Assembly: GCA_010093605.1 (NCBI GenBank) | Contig: MU004181.1 | Location: 2,232,001-2,296,000 of the forward strand | Source: Lophium mytilinum | Lineage: Eukaryota | Reading direction: 5' to 3' | Length of the DNA: 64,000 nucleotides | Shown: positions 47,058-61,394 of the stretch, piece by piece | Layout of the letters: every line of letters starts with the position of its first letter | Numbering within the stretch: the first letter of the stretch is position 1 | Program-made: the position numbers and the translations under genes | Notes under the pieces: model-generated | Database searches by the model: none | Told to the model about the DNA's origin: nothing | The model's input: only the letters and a program-made list of their open reading frames with translations

Positions 47058-49105
47058 ATGGTTGCACCACGTAAAGCGGCGCTCGCGGAGGAGAGCGCAG
47101 AGGTCGAGGTGCTGTTCGCCAACATGGAGAAGCTGAAGGGCTTGACGAAGAAGATCCAGGGCTCGTTGAATCGCCTGGAGACCAGTGGGAAAAACGTTCA
47201 GGATGCGATCGGGCCCATATACGGGAATACGCAGAAGCTTCAGACTACCAACTCGAGTACGTGATGCTAGCATGCGATTTGAGCATCTCTGACCAGTAAA
47301 ACAGACATCGACAGGATCATCGAGGCTATAGATAGGATACGAGAGCCCCTCGACCAGCGCAATCGGGAAGAGCGCGTCATTCGTGCTGGGTAAGCTCTAC
47401 AACACCAAGCATTGTGACTGCAAGATGCTAATCTTTGCATTAGACCACGAAAAGTCCCCCTCCAAGACTATATGGCCTCCCTCGACCGAACTACCCAGGC
47501 CTTGGGTGACCTCCGTCGCTCCAACCTCCGTTCGAACCAACAAGCAGTAGCGGAATTGAGTACTCTGTTGAAGACTGGCACGAAACAGCTAGAGGAGATA
47601 TTCCGGGAGATACTCCAGGAAGACGCACGAACCGTGGAGCCTCTACACTACATAACCAAGCGTGCGTAGCGTGTGCGCTAGAATTAAACACTACTAATGT
47701 ATCCGCAGAGCTTCCATTTCCTACCCTCGCAGAAGACCGCCTGTCAAGATTACGACTCATAAACGCCCATGTTTCAGCGTCGTTTGCGCAGATGTCGCAG
47801 ACAGACGTGCGAGAGACTCCGACAGAGAAAATCTATGCCGAGATCCGGGGGGACTACCTGACAAAATCGCTGAGCAATTTAGCTGCCGCTTCAGTGACGA
47901 CCGCCAGGAAGACCACAGCAGATGCAATATACCGACAGGGAACCAATGCCATCGGCACGTACGCCCAGGGTATGGAGGGTATATATTTGGCCGAGTACGA
48001 CAATCTTTGTCCAATTTTCTCTCGCGAAGAATGGGCCAAGGTGTACCCGTCCACCTGCCAGAACTCCTTAAATGAGTTCACGAAGACGTTGCGGGAACTG
48101 AATACCCACATACAGAAGAATTTAATGACAGACTGCTTTCTAGGGTATGAGATTATCGAGATTGTATCAACGCTCTCTATCAGGCTAGAAACCAAGACGG
48201 GCGAGCTTAAGCGACCTATCGCAGACTCCCTAAAGCCTATTCGGGAAACATGCAAAACGTCACTTGCACGGCTCCTCGAAGACACACGATCACGCGTTCA
48301 AACACTAATCGCATTACCAATGGATGGCGGTCCTGTTTCACTCACAAACGACACCATGACCAAGTTGCAGACAATGACTGCGTATTTGTCTCCGTTGTCA
48401 TCCATCATGACTTCGCTAGGAGACGGCGGATGGTCGGCCAGCTCAGCGTCGACATCCTCAACCTCGATACCAACAATAAAGTCGTTCGACGTTGGCGCCG
48501 ATGGCCGACAGCTCTTCGCCCACTACGCTTCCGACATGCTGGAGACTTTGTTGTCCAACCTGGAAATCAAGTCGAAGACATTACTCAAGGGCAGGGGCCT
48601 GCAAGGTGTATTCCTTTCCAACAATGTAGCGATCGTTGACCGCATGATTCGATCTTCAGAGTTGCAGGCCCTCTTGGGTAGCTATGCACCCAAGCTCGAG
48701 CTTTGGCGAAAGAAAGCAACCGCGACATATCTCGAGCCGTGGCGGGAGCCATCTGCATATCTCATGGACGTCCAGTACACCAACCGTAGCGGCCGGCCAC
48801 ACTCTGGGGGAGCGACGAATACCGACTCGGCTGTAATCGTCAAAGGTCTGAGCTCCAAAGACAAAGACGCGATCAAGGAGAAGCTCAAGAACTTCAACAC
48901 CAGCTTCGAAGAGCTCCTGACGCGGCACAAGAGCTACAAGCTAGAGAGGGAAGTGCGGGCCCAGCTCGCGCGTGACGTGCAGAATGTTATCGAGCCACTC
49001 TACGGACGGTTCTGGGACCGGTACCACGAAATCGACAAGGGCAAGGGCAAGTACATCAAGTACGACAAGAGCCAACTGGCGTCGACGCTGGCTGGACTGG
49101 GCTGA
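47058..49105 (+). CDS. EXO70: Exocyst complex subunit Exo70, 4 exons
   Basis: [22 protein letters not shown]..., [52 protein letters not shown]. Confidence 0.95.
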
Positions 49106-50077
49106 TTGCCGGGTGGATTTGCTATACACCCTGGGCGGCGTTTGGAGCGAGTGGACGGTGAAATGCAGCGCTGCGTGCTATTGGATATACCATTGTCGTT
49201 ATGTCTTTCGTTAGCTTGGCGTCAGGCGTTATGCGGTGCACTGTGGTCGTCTGCACGAGTTGCTGGGGAGTGAGCAGGGTTGGGTTTCATTCACGGCGAG
49301 CTCTGGAACTGAATGAAGTGCACTACATACAGCATAAAGGAAAGCCCTAGTCTTCACAGACGAAGGCACTTCTCGCAATCTTTAGTACATAGAAATGAAT
49401 ATAAGGCTCCCACTTTGGCCGAATCGGGGGCTGATCCACGTGAGGAACCACAGAGTGACACGTCGAGGAATGGGCATAGTGAGGCGCCACACCACGCTGG
49501 CTGCAGCAGTGCACAGAAATGCTCCTGCGGTGCGTCAATGAGATGCAATTGTGCCAGAAGCTGCCTGTCGACTCGCGCGTCGTGAACTGGCCCTCTCCGC
49601 ACCCACAGGCCCGCCAGCGGTGCATTCACGCACGGCGAGCGGAGACCAAGGACGTTGCTGGTGCACGGGAAATTTAATACTAGCGCCGAATCAACGTGGA
49701 CTGCGCGACCCCTGCCAACCTTTTGGAAGACCCCTTTCCTGCCGACTTTCGCGATCCCACCACCACGCCTTCCTCAACACCATCGCAGTCTCCTCCCGAC
49801 TCCTCTCCCACATCCTACGAGGCCGCTGCTGACCTCGACGCTGCTGTCTCCGCCTCGCTGCACCCATCCCCCGCCAAACACGCCTGGACTGCCAGGTAAG
49901 CTGCCTCCCTGTCTGCACCGTGCAGGCCTCCCGGGCCTAGGATTCCCGCGCGCCCCCAATGCTTTTCTCCATCGCTGCCGTGGCCGCCGACTCTGTCCTG
50001 GATCTCTACTGACCGCTCTCCTCGTTGCAGCAGTCTTTACGCCTCACCCTCTGCGTCGCCCCGTCGTCTGATTCGCC

Positions 50078-51756
50078 ATGGGTAAGCTGCCTTTCCTCTC
50101 TGCTCGCCAATTCCATCCCCCGATATTGCGGCGCGTCTATGAAGCATGACAAAGTGGACATCAGCTATAGAGGACAAATGGGATAGTCATTGGGCCGTGT
50201 TCATGCTCACCAAGCCTCTTCCAACATATCATCGGGCAGGACTGACTTTCTGGTGCTCTAGCAACTCAAGCCCCGCCTGCACCTGCGCGTGCCTCTCCAT
50301 CTCCCGCGGCCGCTGCTGTCCCTAATGGCAAGCCAGCGTCCCCCTATGTGGAGCGCAGCAACCCTATGCCGAATGGCCAGGGCTCCGCTCCCCAAACCGT
50401 CACTTCCAAGGACCCCAAGGCCGCGGCACAGGCTGCTAGCGACATGAGGAACATTGTCCGAAGGAAGTTGACTGGCTATGTTGGGTTCGCCAACTTGCCT
50501 AACCAATGGCACCGCAAGAGCGTGCGGAAAGGGTTCAACTTCAATGTCATGGTAGTCGGTATGTATCCTTTCAGAAGACCCATGGTCCATTCCTGACGAT
50601 CCAATTTTAGGCGAGTCTGGAATGGGTAAATCTACTCTAGTAAATACCCTATTCAACACCTCGCTCTACCCCCCGAAGGAGCGCAAGCCCCCGAGCCTCG
50701 ACATCTCCAAGACCGTCTCCATACAATCCATCAGCGCCGACATTGAAGAGAACGGAGTGCGCCTCCGCCTGACGGTGGTTGACACCCCCGGCTTCGGCGA
50801 TTTCATCAACAATGACGAGTCGTGGGACCCAATCGTCAAGAACATTGAACAGCGCTTCGATGCCTACCTTGATGCGGAAAACAAGGTCAACCGCATGAAC
50901 ATTGTTGACAACCGCATTCATGCTTGCGTTTATTTCATCCAGCCGACTGGCCACTCTCTGAAGCCATTGGATGTAGAGGTTATGCGTAAACTTCACACCA
51001 AGGTCAACCTGATCCCCGTCATTGCCAAGGCCGACACCTTGACGGACGAGGAAATTAGCAACTTCAAGCAGAGAGTGAGTAGCTAAGCCTGATGACGTCG
51101 ATTTTTGCTGACTTGCCCAGATCCTCGCAGATATCCACCACCACAAAATCCAAATATTCGAAGGGCCCCGCTACGAGTTGGACGATGAGGAGACCATTGC
51201 CGAGAACAACGAAATCATGTCCAAGGTGCCCTTTGCCGTTGTTGGTGCCAACGCCGATGTCACCACTGCCGACGGCCGCAAGGTCCGTGGCCGCCGTTAC
51301 CCCTGGGGAGTCATTGAGGTCGATAACGAGGAACACTGCGATTTCGTCAAGCTCCGCCAGATGCTCATCCGTACCCACATGGAGGAGCTCAAGGAGAACA
51401 CCAACAACTTCCTGTACGAGAACTACCGCTCCGAGAAGCTCACTGCCATGGGCGTGCAGCAAGACTCGAGTGTGTTCAAGGAGATCAACCCGGCCGTCAA
51501 GCAGGAGGAGGAGCGCTCGCTGCACGAGGCCAAGCTGCAGAAGATGGAACTGGAGATGAAGATGGTGTTCCAGCAGAAGGTGGCCGAGAAGGAAAGCAAG
51601 CTCAAACAGAGCGAAGAGGAGCTGTACGCAAGACACAGGGAGATGAAGGAGCAACTGGACAGACAGCGACAAGAGCTCGAGGAGAAGAAGGCGAGGGTCG
51701 AGAGTGGACGGCCGCTCGAGGAGAAGGGCAAGAGAAAGGGGTTCTCCCTGCGCTAA
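50078..51756 (+). CDS. CDC3: Septin, Cdc3/AspB class
   Basis: 4-nt first coding exon [47 protein letters not shown], coiled-coil tail ending KGFSLR. Confidence 0.93.
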
Positions 51757-52778
51757 GCGCGCCCAGTGCGACGCAGCGACGCAACGGCGTGGACAGTGGT
51801 GATGGCGAACGAAGACCGCGCAGAAAAGCTCCTCTTCTCGATTCTCTTTTGACAGATCCCTTTAATTTCGAAGTCTCGCACCGGCAGACACTGGGTGGCT
51901 GCCGGCAAAGGTTAGTTAATACACAACGACGGGGGCGAGTTGGGGCTTCGAGCGCGGTTCTCCCTTGGTTTTTAGCTTGCTTAGGTGTGTTGTTTGATAC
52001 CAGCAGCATTGCACTCCCTTCTCTTTTCTTCCGGAATATTTTAGTAGAAGCAGGGAGCAGGTTGCAGAGGTTGATTCTGTCACGGAGGTGCGAGGAGGCC
52101 GGTCTGCGAGTTGCTTCCTCTCATATATTCTACAGATCAGCCCAGTATCTTAGTTGATTTCGTTTGTGAACCCTAGGTGCTTCTTGTCTGCGTGAATCCG
52201 GAGTGGCATGTGAAAGCTAGATGGAGTGATTGGAAAGACATGCTTCGGTGTTGCTTCCGGTGAACATGCCCTAAGAAAGATGATATCGTGTCACGTGCCT
52301 GATACTAGTGGCGCGGCGCAAGAGACGCCGGCGACCTGATGAGCAGCATTTCGTCACCACCCGCCGCTGCGAATTCTGGTTTCCGTCGCGCACCAAGCTG
52401 CTTGCACAAAATACCATCTTCCCCTCCGCTCCTCTGCTCCTCTACTTCCTTACAGACACCACTACCAGACTACCTACACCCGTCTACCCTCACTAATTGC
52501 CATTGCTATCATTTCAGCTATACAAGGTACGTTCGCGATTCCACGAGCTTCGGATCGTCGTCACCGTACCCCGGCAGGCGCCTCAGAGCCCCAGCCACCA
52601 ACCCCAATTGCCAGGTGTTCTTCACCATTCTCCCGCTGCTTCGTCCTTCCTGCACACACAATCCTATTCTCGCCGCAATCCTCACACTCTCCATTGAGCT
52701 CTATTCCTCTATTCTCAACCCTCGCTGACCGCAGCAGCCTGATCCCCGCAGCACAAAAGCCGCCCACATAACTCAGCC

Positions 52779-53691
52779 ATGGCCCCTCCTCCGCCCACCG
52801 CGCAGCCTCTAGGGCAGCGGCTGGTATCTCTCGCCCAGACTCTGCAGTTCGCATGGTTCGTCGGGCACGTCACTCTGCTCTTCTCCACTCTGCGATATGG
52901 CTTGTCCTACATCTTGTTCAATTTCTCGTCGCGATGGGCCAAGGTCTCTTATCGCCTCGCCTTCATCTCAGCCGCCGCTACCTACGGCATTGTCGTGTAC
53001 AAGGCATACCGCGCACGCATGAGGCAAGGGAAGCAAGGCGGACTTGTGTCAATGGCTACGGACGAGAATGTCCAGTATCTTGGTACGGCAGCTTCGGCTC
53101 CCCAGGCAGCTATCCATATGACACAACCTGATCTGACTGCTTTTCAATACAGGCATGGCCCTCGTCTGGCTCTTCTCTCGCCAGATCCCTCTGGCTATTC
53201 TGCCTTTCGCAGTCTACTCCATTTTCCATGTCGCGACCTACACACGTGCCAACCTTCTCCCGACTCTCCAAGCCGCCCCAGCTGGCGCCTCCCCTGGCAA
53301 GCCCAAGCCTTCTGGCATCTCCGAGACCATTGGCAAGTTTGTCAAGGAGTACTATGATGGCAGCATGACGCTCGTCGCCATCCTCGAAATCGCCCTCTGG
53401 TTCCGCGTGCTGGGCTCTGCGCTACTCTTCCAGAAGGGCAGCTGGATCTTGATCGGCATCTACACCGTCTTCTTCCGTGCCCGCTATGCTCAAAGCACCT
53501 TCGTTCAGGGCGCCATTTCGCAACTTACGGCCCGCGCAGATGCGCAGTTGGCAAACCAGAGTACCCCGCCGGCCGTCAGGCAGGGATGGGAGACTTTTAA
53601 GTCCATTGTGCGCCAGGCTGCGGACGCTACTGATATCCGTCGGTACGTTGGCGGCCAGACCGGTGGCCCGGGCCCCAAGAAGGCTCAGTAG
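52779..53691 (+). CDS. POM33: Pom33/TMEM33 (UPF0121) ER and nuclear pore membrane protein, 2 coding exons
   Basis: LAQTLQFAWFVGH, AAATYGIVVYK, DENVQYL|GMALVWL, LPFAVYSIFHVATY, FFRARY; intron about 53083-53152; probable 5'-UTR intron 52527-52734. Confidence 0.88.
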
Positions 53692-55450
53692 ATGCGATGC
53701 CTCAGCGCCGTCCTCGTCGAACATTGACACCGAAACGACAATTCAGCAGTTGGTTTTGCTTGAGAACGAGAAACGACTATGATGAAGACGGTGTTGGTGT
53801 TGGCTTCCAGCTACGATGGGCATTGGGCAGACATCAACAGCAGCTGGGACGTGTGAGCATTGAGGGATGCCACAGCTGACGACGAAAGACGATTATGAAT
53901 TGGGGGCGGTATACAGTCTGGCGGGTATGCCGGTTTCCTGGATTTGATGAGTGAGGGGGTGAACGAAGTGGGATCGTCCAAAGCATTGAACGAATGAGTC
54001 GTGAAATGAGAAAAGCTCGGTTTCCCAGTCCTATCCACGGTTCATAGAGGAGCGTATGCTTGTGCTTTTGATGCGTGGGATTGCTTGACACAAGGGCTAG
54101 CTTCGTCTGCGTTGTTCCTCGATTTTGGTTCCCTATTTCCTCCGTCTGGTGTAGTCGTATTGCAAGAACCGATCGAATATCTTCTAGCCTATACTTCTTG
54201 ACGCTCCAGACAATCTTGCGTACCAAACTTTCTAAAAAATGATGAGAGAAGGCAGCCAACAGTGATGCACAAGAAATAAGGGTCTAGTCTTGCTATCTAT
54301 ATCCCGCTTATGTACATACTGCTGATATAGCAGTCTATTCGCGTTCACATGTCTAGAACTCAGTGTCTCTTCCACCCCTATCACCAATTTGAAGCAGTGT
54401 GCGCACTACCCAGCACCAAGACCGCCGCGTGCATGAACTATATGGGCATTCGCCGACATTCGCCGGGGTTAGAGCGGTGAAGGTGTGCTGAAGCTGGCGC
54501 CCCACCATGTACGAGGACGCCCGCTATCCCCACGCGGCACCGGACACCCGAAGTACGACTTCTAGAGACTTCGGGGAAGGATATGGAAATGAGGAATGCA
54601 ATATGGTGCAGGGCTCTACTTTCGCATATTGACAATGTAGGGGGGGGGAGGATGTGAGGTCTTCTAAAAACTCAACACCCCGCTCTGAGATATGCCTAGG
54701 AAAGGCTGCGATCTACGAATGTGTGTGAGTATTCTGATGATAGTAGCCATGGCAGTTGGAAATCTTACTCTCTTCGGAAACAAGCTGTTAACCACCTCGT
54801 ATGGCTGTCACGGGATTCAACCATAGGACTCACCTGCCACGGGAACTCTCTCCCAACGCTGGCAAATGCCACCGCCAGATCTCGGCTGCATCGATGGCAC
54901 CTTCAGCACACACTCCTCGGGAGCCAGCAAGCGTGTGGAGGCTGATGAGCTGGCGCACGCCACTGCAGGCTGGAGCAACAGCGGCCGAAATCACGTCAGC
55001 CGTACACCGCGACTTTCACCCACCGCACACCATCCAGAATTGAGGGGAACCAGCCTACTGGCGCCGCGTCTGGCACAAGCTTTTTGGCTGAGGGCAGGGG
55101 CTTAAATGCCTGTACCCAGCTGTACATATGAGTGAGAGGGTTCGCGCACACCAGAGGTGCACTCCCTCCACGACACTGGCGATTCCCAAGCCATTACACC
55201 ACACTAGCAGGAAGCGGCAAACCCTCAGCCTGGCCTTCTGTATAAGCTTTCTTCGTCGTGTTGTCTCTCAGCCGCGAATCTTCTAGCCGAGTCGCCGCAT
55301 CTTACAAAAAGCCGAGCTGTTTCCCTATTCTTTGATTTACCCATAGTCACCACCTTTGTCTCTCTCGCTACTATTCACTGTCCTGGGCGGCACTTCGGGG
55401 AAGATATAGTACATAGTCTGCTGTGTTGATGCCTTTGCTCACCCGCTGCC

Positions 55451-56392
55451 ATGAACTCGCCAGCCTTGTCCGACATCTCGCTCAGCGATGACGCTCTCGA
55501 TGCGTACTTTGCGACTTCATACGTCCCGCCGTCTATGTGGCCCACGCCGCCGCCTGCCACGCCCGAGATGGGTGGATGTCTTGCCAAAAGCATGGAAGGG
55601 GTCGTGGAGGATTCGTTCACGTGTCCGGTTACCGGGGAAGACTTGCTCGGTAAGTATTAGTCCTTTTCTTCCTTCGATTGAGAGATTACTATGCCGATGT
55701 ATGGATGTGGCTAACAATACTCCCTTATAGGCCCAGCAACTCACCTCACCAACCTCATCCCCCCAAATGCCTGCCAAAATCGGCCCTCGGCCCCTCGCAT
55801 CGCCCATTACCTCTCTCGCAGCGCTCTTCCGATCGAGCTCATCGCTTTTGCAGCCTGCATGCTCGACGACCTAACCTCCCGCTTCGCCGCTACCTGGTTG
55901 AACGCATGCCATGACATCGACAACCCGGCTCCCACTTCTTCTCTCACGGGCACTCCTTTCCCACCAACCCTCCGTAGGTCTCGCCAACCTATCCCCGTGG
56001 ACCCTGAACTCATCGTGCTCGCGGCACTATCAATCACCAACTCGTATCACCAGGACCACTCCTTCTCGAAAGAATTCTGGACTACCGTCGTGGCTGAGAG
56101 GCAGTTCTCGGTACGCCAGCTGAACGTGACTATCTCGGCTATGCTGGCGGATTTGAACTATCGACTGGAAGTGTTTACGCCGGAGAGGGTTAAGGAGGCG
56201 TTGGAGTATATGAGGAATGCCAGCAGGACCGTTGCTCGGGGAAAGGGATTAGAGGAGAAGGAGCTAGTAAATGAGACACAAGGACTTGATATGGGGCTCA
56301 AAATGAGGAGAGAAAGGCCGGCGCTCAAGGTCCCGATCGCAAGGACTTCAATTTGGATGAACGGACAGTGTACGCCAGAACCGAGCCCATGA
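55451..56392 (+). CDS. Cyclin-fold-like fungal hypothetical protein, 2 exons
   Basis: Intron 55650-55730; GPATHLTNLIP, ELIAFAACMLDDL, PELIVLAALSI...FW...QLNVTISAMLADLNYRL resembles a Pcl/Clg-type cyclin box. Confidence 0.65.
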
Positions 56393-57694
56393 TATTCAGA
56401 AATGATGAGCGAAGAGAAAAGTTTTGTCGACGAAGTGAAATGAGGACCTGGGAACGGGGCTGGGGCTGGTCTACACATGACCGCAGAGCTTTTAGGCTTT
56501 CTGTGGATGTTGACAGCGGAGCAGACATTTCGATCTCTCCTAGGTCGTTAGGGAGTTACTGGTGGATCTAATTTTTCTGCCTCTTGCCATTCACTGGAGG
56601 GCTGATAGCGCTTGGAGTTTTTGGGCAATACCCTTGTTCTGGCTTTACGGAGCTTCATGGCTAGATATGTTACTTCTTCTCCAACATTGGGAACTGATCA
56701 CTTCTTGAGTATGTCTTCAACTTTTCGTGTGCCTTGTTGAATTTGTGTCGCTAGCTTTGCATAAACAATAACCTAGGCGATGGTGGATACAAAGGAATGA
56801 TAAATAGCTATCTTATCTCTCAACGAAGGAAGCGAAGGCGGACATATAGTCGTACGATGTTGAACCTTTTGCCACTGCTAAGGGTTCTAGTCCTATGGGC
56901 GGAGTGGCCGGAGAGTTTTTGGTGGAGTGATGTTTACCAGATTAGCAGGTAGTGGAGCACACGGGATGAGGCAAATGATAGCCAAGTTTCGTGATAGCTC
57001 GACGCTGGACCGCGATCGGCACACTAGGGGCCGCTGGAGGCTCAATTGGCTGGAACGGCAGAAGAAGCTGGGTTTCTAGCCTTTGTCATCGTCTTGGTGA
57101 TATCAGAGAGTTACCCGTGGCTGTGGAACAGACCTTCGTCTTCAAGCATCCATTGGGCACCTGAAGCCAGATGGCACGATTCGTTGCTTAGCCAAGGTTG
57201 TGTTAAGGCCCCCAAGGGCGGCGTAGGGCAGATGCGAAGACGGACGGGCCGGAAGCGGTCTCATCGCAAAGGTGTGAATGCGATGCACGATGATGAAGGC
57301 AAAGGTTTCCCCAGGCGCTAAAGCTGCTACCCCACTCCATGTCGCGGAGCGTGGGCACGTTGCTATGCACCCGCTGAACGAATGATATGACGCTGTCTGT
57401 CCCCCGGACCGCCCTCCCTGCCTCGCATACACGCATACTGATACAGAAGAAGCGCTGCCCCCTCCTCACCTGTCTGCCTTGATTAGCCCGATCTCACCGC
57501 GTTGACCCTCGCCCCTCCGCCGTTGTCACAAGCTCCGAGTGCCCCACCATCTGTGCTCAAGCACCTAGCTCTCAGTCCACCGCAACAAAACACCACCTCC
57601 AGCTCTCCCCCGTCAGATCTTCTTTCTTCGCTCTCTCTTCTTGCCCTCTCTGAAGCCCCTCCAAGCCAATTGACCCCTCACCACATCATCCGCC

Positions 57695-60600
57695 ATGGCA
57701 GCTCCAGCCAAATCTGCCCGCGAGCGGCGCCCCTCGACGAGTGCTCCTCTGAGCGACCTCCAGGGGCCCGTGGGACCTACCTTCTCGCGCCCCAAGCACA
57801 AGCGCACCGTCACTGGCTTTGGCCCGGGTGAGATCAAGAGCGTTGAGGCGAGCATCCCAGAGCCGCAGCGTGCCGCCTGGAAGAAGTTTACCCCGAAGCC
57901 TTTTGAGACTGCTGAGGAGTTCAATGTATGTTGATGTCCATGAGCTATCGGCGGTGAGAAGATGGCTAATATGGCTGTAGGCGGAAGCTGTGAGGCACAT
58001 TGAGACCACTTTGGCGAGGAGCATGTACAATTGCGATGAAGGGTAACTTCTCCCGATTTTGTTCACTCTACACTGTCTTCACTTTCGCAGGGTCAGATTG
58101 TTTGAGAAATACCGGTGGATGGGCTACGACACTACTAAAGTTGTAGTTGAGGTCTTTCTTGAGGCTAATTTCTCACATAGTGCTGCATACGCCGGAACTG
58201 CTCTGGCGTTTCGAGACCGCTTGGTCCTTGACTGGAACAAGACCCAGCAGGCCCAGACCTTCACCGACCAGAAGCGCGTATACTGTAGGAACAATGGACT
58301 ACTCCTATAATTTGAGTAATTGCTAACCTAAACGCAGATCTCTCACTCGAGTTCCTGATGGGTCGAGCTCTGGACAATGCTATGCTCAACATCGGCAAGA
58401 AGGATGTGGCCGTCAGTGAGTGATATCGCGCGCAAAATGTAGATGCGGAGGCTAACAACTATGTCCAGAGGGTCTCAGCGACCTTGGTTTCCGTATGGAG
58501 GACATCATCAGCCAAGAGCACGATGCCGCACTTGGAAACGGAGGTCTCGGTCGTCTCGCCGCCTGCTTCCTGGACAGTATGGCCTCATTGAACTACCCAG
58601 CTTGGGGCTACGGGCTACGGTACAGATACGGTATCTTCAAGCAGGAGATCATTGACGGATATCAGGTTGAGGTACCAGATTACTGGTTGGACTTCAACCC
58701 CTGGGAGTTTGCCAGACATGACATTACTGTCGATGTGCAGTTCTATGGCCATGTTTCGAAATACCAGTACGCGCGATACAACCAACTTCCGAAAACTGGA
58801 GATATAGAAGCTAACTACTCAGGGATGACGATGGCAAGAACGTCTCTGTCTGGGAGGGCGGAGAGATTGTCCAGGCATGTGCATACGATGTACCTAGTAA
58901 GTTCTCCCCAAAGCTTGCGATTGGCTGTTATTGACTGTGTTAGTCGCTGGATACGGCACATCGACTGTAAACAACCTCCGACTTTGGGGCAGCAAGGCAG
59001 CGAGTGGCGAGTTTGACTTCCAGAAGTTCAACTCGGGAGAGTACGAGAGCTCTGTGGCGGACCAACAGCGTGCTGAGACAATCTCGGCGGTCTTGTACCC
59101 CAATGACAAGTAAGGTTATTGTATACCACCGAAAATTGACTGTACTAATTTACGCCTAGTCTCGAGCGTGGAAAGGAGCTCCGTCTAAAGCAACAGTACT
59201 TCTGGTGTGCCGCATCTCTATTTGATATTGTTCGCAGATTCAAGAAGACCCAGCGACCGTGGAAAGATTTCCCCAACCAGGTTGCTATCCAGCTGAACGA
59301 CACCCATCCAACGATGGCAATTCCAGAGCTTCAGCGAATTCTCATTGATCAGGAAGGTCTTGATTGGGACGAGGCGTGGAGCAGTAAGTGATCCATTACT
59401 AATGTGAACGAATAAGTTCTAACGCTCCAACAGTTGTGTCCAAGACGTTTGGATACACAAATCACACCGTCCTACCAGAGGCCCTCGAGAAGTGGTCGGT
59501 GCCGCTTTTCCAGCACCTACTGCCCCGGCATCTTCAGATCATCTACGACATCAACTTAAACTTCCTTCAATTCGTTGAGCGGAACTTCCCCAAGGAACGC
59601 GATATTCTCAACCGCGTGTCCATAATTGAGGAGTCCAACCCAAAGATGGTCCGCATGGCCTACCTTGCCGTCATTGGCTCGCACAAGGTTAATGGTGTTG
59701 CTGAGCTTCACTCCGATCTCATCAAGACCACCATTTTCAAAGACTTTGTCAAGATCTACGGACCCGATAAGTTCACCAACGTCACGAACGGAATCACTCC
59801 CCGTCGGTGGTTGCACCAGGCCAACCCAAGACTCTCGGAGCTCATTGCTTCCAAGCTTGGAGGCTACGACTTCCTGAAAGACTTGACTCTCCTTCACAAG
59901 CTCGAGGCGTACGTCGACGACAAGGACTTCCGAAAGGAGTTTCAAGAAATCAAGTATGCTAATAAGGTGCGACTCGCCAAGTACATCAAGGACACTTTAG
60001 GCGTCAGCGTCAATCCTTCCGCTCTCTTCGATGTTCAAGTCAAGCGTATCCACGAGTACAAGCGACAACAGCTGAACATCTTCGGTGTTATCCACCGGTA
60101 CCTTGCGATCAAAGCAATGTCGCCAGAAGAGAAGAAGAAGCTAGCTCCTCGCGTCTCTATCTTCGGCGGCAAGGCAGCTCCTGGATACTGGATGGCTAAG
60201 ACTGTCATCCATCTCGTCAACCAGGTCGGCAAAGTTGTCAACAATGACAAGGACGTTGGCGATCTGCTCAAGGTTATCTATCTCGAGGACTACAATGTCA
60301 GCAAGGCCGAGATTATCTGCCCAGCTTCGGACATTAGCGAGCATATCTCGACTGCTGGTACTGAGGCCAGTGGTACCAGCAACATGAAGTTCGTCATCAA
60401 CGGTGGTTTGATCATCGGTACCTGCGATGGTGCTAACGTAAGCTCCCTCCTTTTCGCCCTTCACTTTCAGAGCTAACAGAACATGTGTAGATCGAGATTA
60501 CCCGCGAAATCGGCGAGAACAACATCTTCCTCTTCGGCAACCTAGCAGAAGACGTCGAGGAGCTCCGCCACTCGCACATGTACGGCACCTACACGCTTGA

Positions 60601-60904
60601 CCCATCTCTCGCCGCGGTCTTCGACTCCATCCAATCCGGCACGTTCGGCGACGCGGGCTCATTCTCTGCGCTTGTCAACGGCATCGTCGACCATGGCGAC
60701 TACTATCTCGTCTCCGACGACTTTGCGAGCTACTGCAAGACGCAAGAGTTGATTGACGAGGCCTACCGCAACCAGGATGAATGGCTCACTAAGGCCATTA
60801 CGTCTGTAGCGCGCATGGGCTTCTTCAGTAGTGACAGGTGTATCGACGAGTATGCAGAGATGATATGGAACACGGAGCCTTTGGTGCCCTCAAAAGACGA
60901 GTAG
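57695..60904 (+). CDS. GPH1: Glycogen phosphorylase, 10 exons
   Basis: [71 protein letters not shown] (PLP Lys); nine GT-AG introns restore the frame. Confidence 0.98.
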
Positions 60905-61394
60905 AATAGATGGTTTCTGCTGCGTTTTAACGAGGTAGTCACCATTAGAATGGCAGTTTTTGGTATCGGGGATGATATTCTTGATGAGACGGTCATGACT
61001 TGATGGTAGAATTTGCTGTTTCTCTTCTTCACTGTTCCTAATTTTGATACGACTCTCTTCTTCTCCTCTTTGCTCAGCTGCTGTTTTCCCTATAGAAACG
61101 TCGTAGATAGTGGGCTCACTTGATGCTCATCTAGCGTCTTCATAAAAGCGTGTTTCAATGAAAATTGTGCACGCAGGGGCATTCGTTAGCAATTAAAGGG
61201 AAAGAATAGATTCCTTTGAAACAAACTTGCGCATGGGTATGACTACGTGCGCTATGCTCTCCACGCCTGACTCCATAATAAAACAGAACCATAGTATACA
61301 CACCTGTAGTCTACTACCGAACAATCAAACTGCCCACTGCGTGGTCCGGCTCCTCCTCCTCCCACCTCCCCTCTCAGCCCCTGTAGTCTAACAC

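Noticed and set aside
50649..51731. Long antisense ORFs over the septin (similar ones over GPH1, EXO70 and the permease)
   Set aside because: Shadow ORFs caused by strong codon bias of the sense genes.
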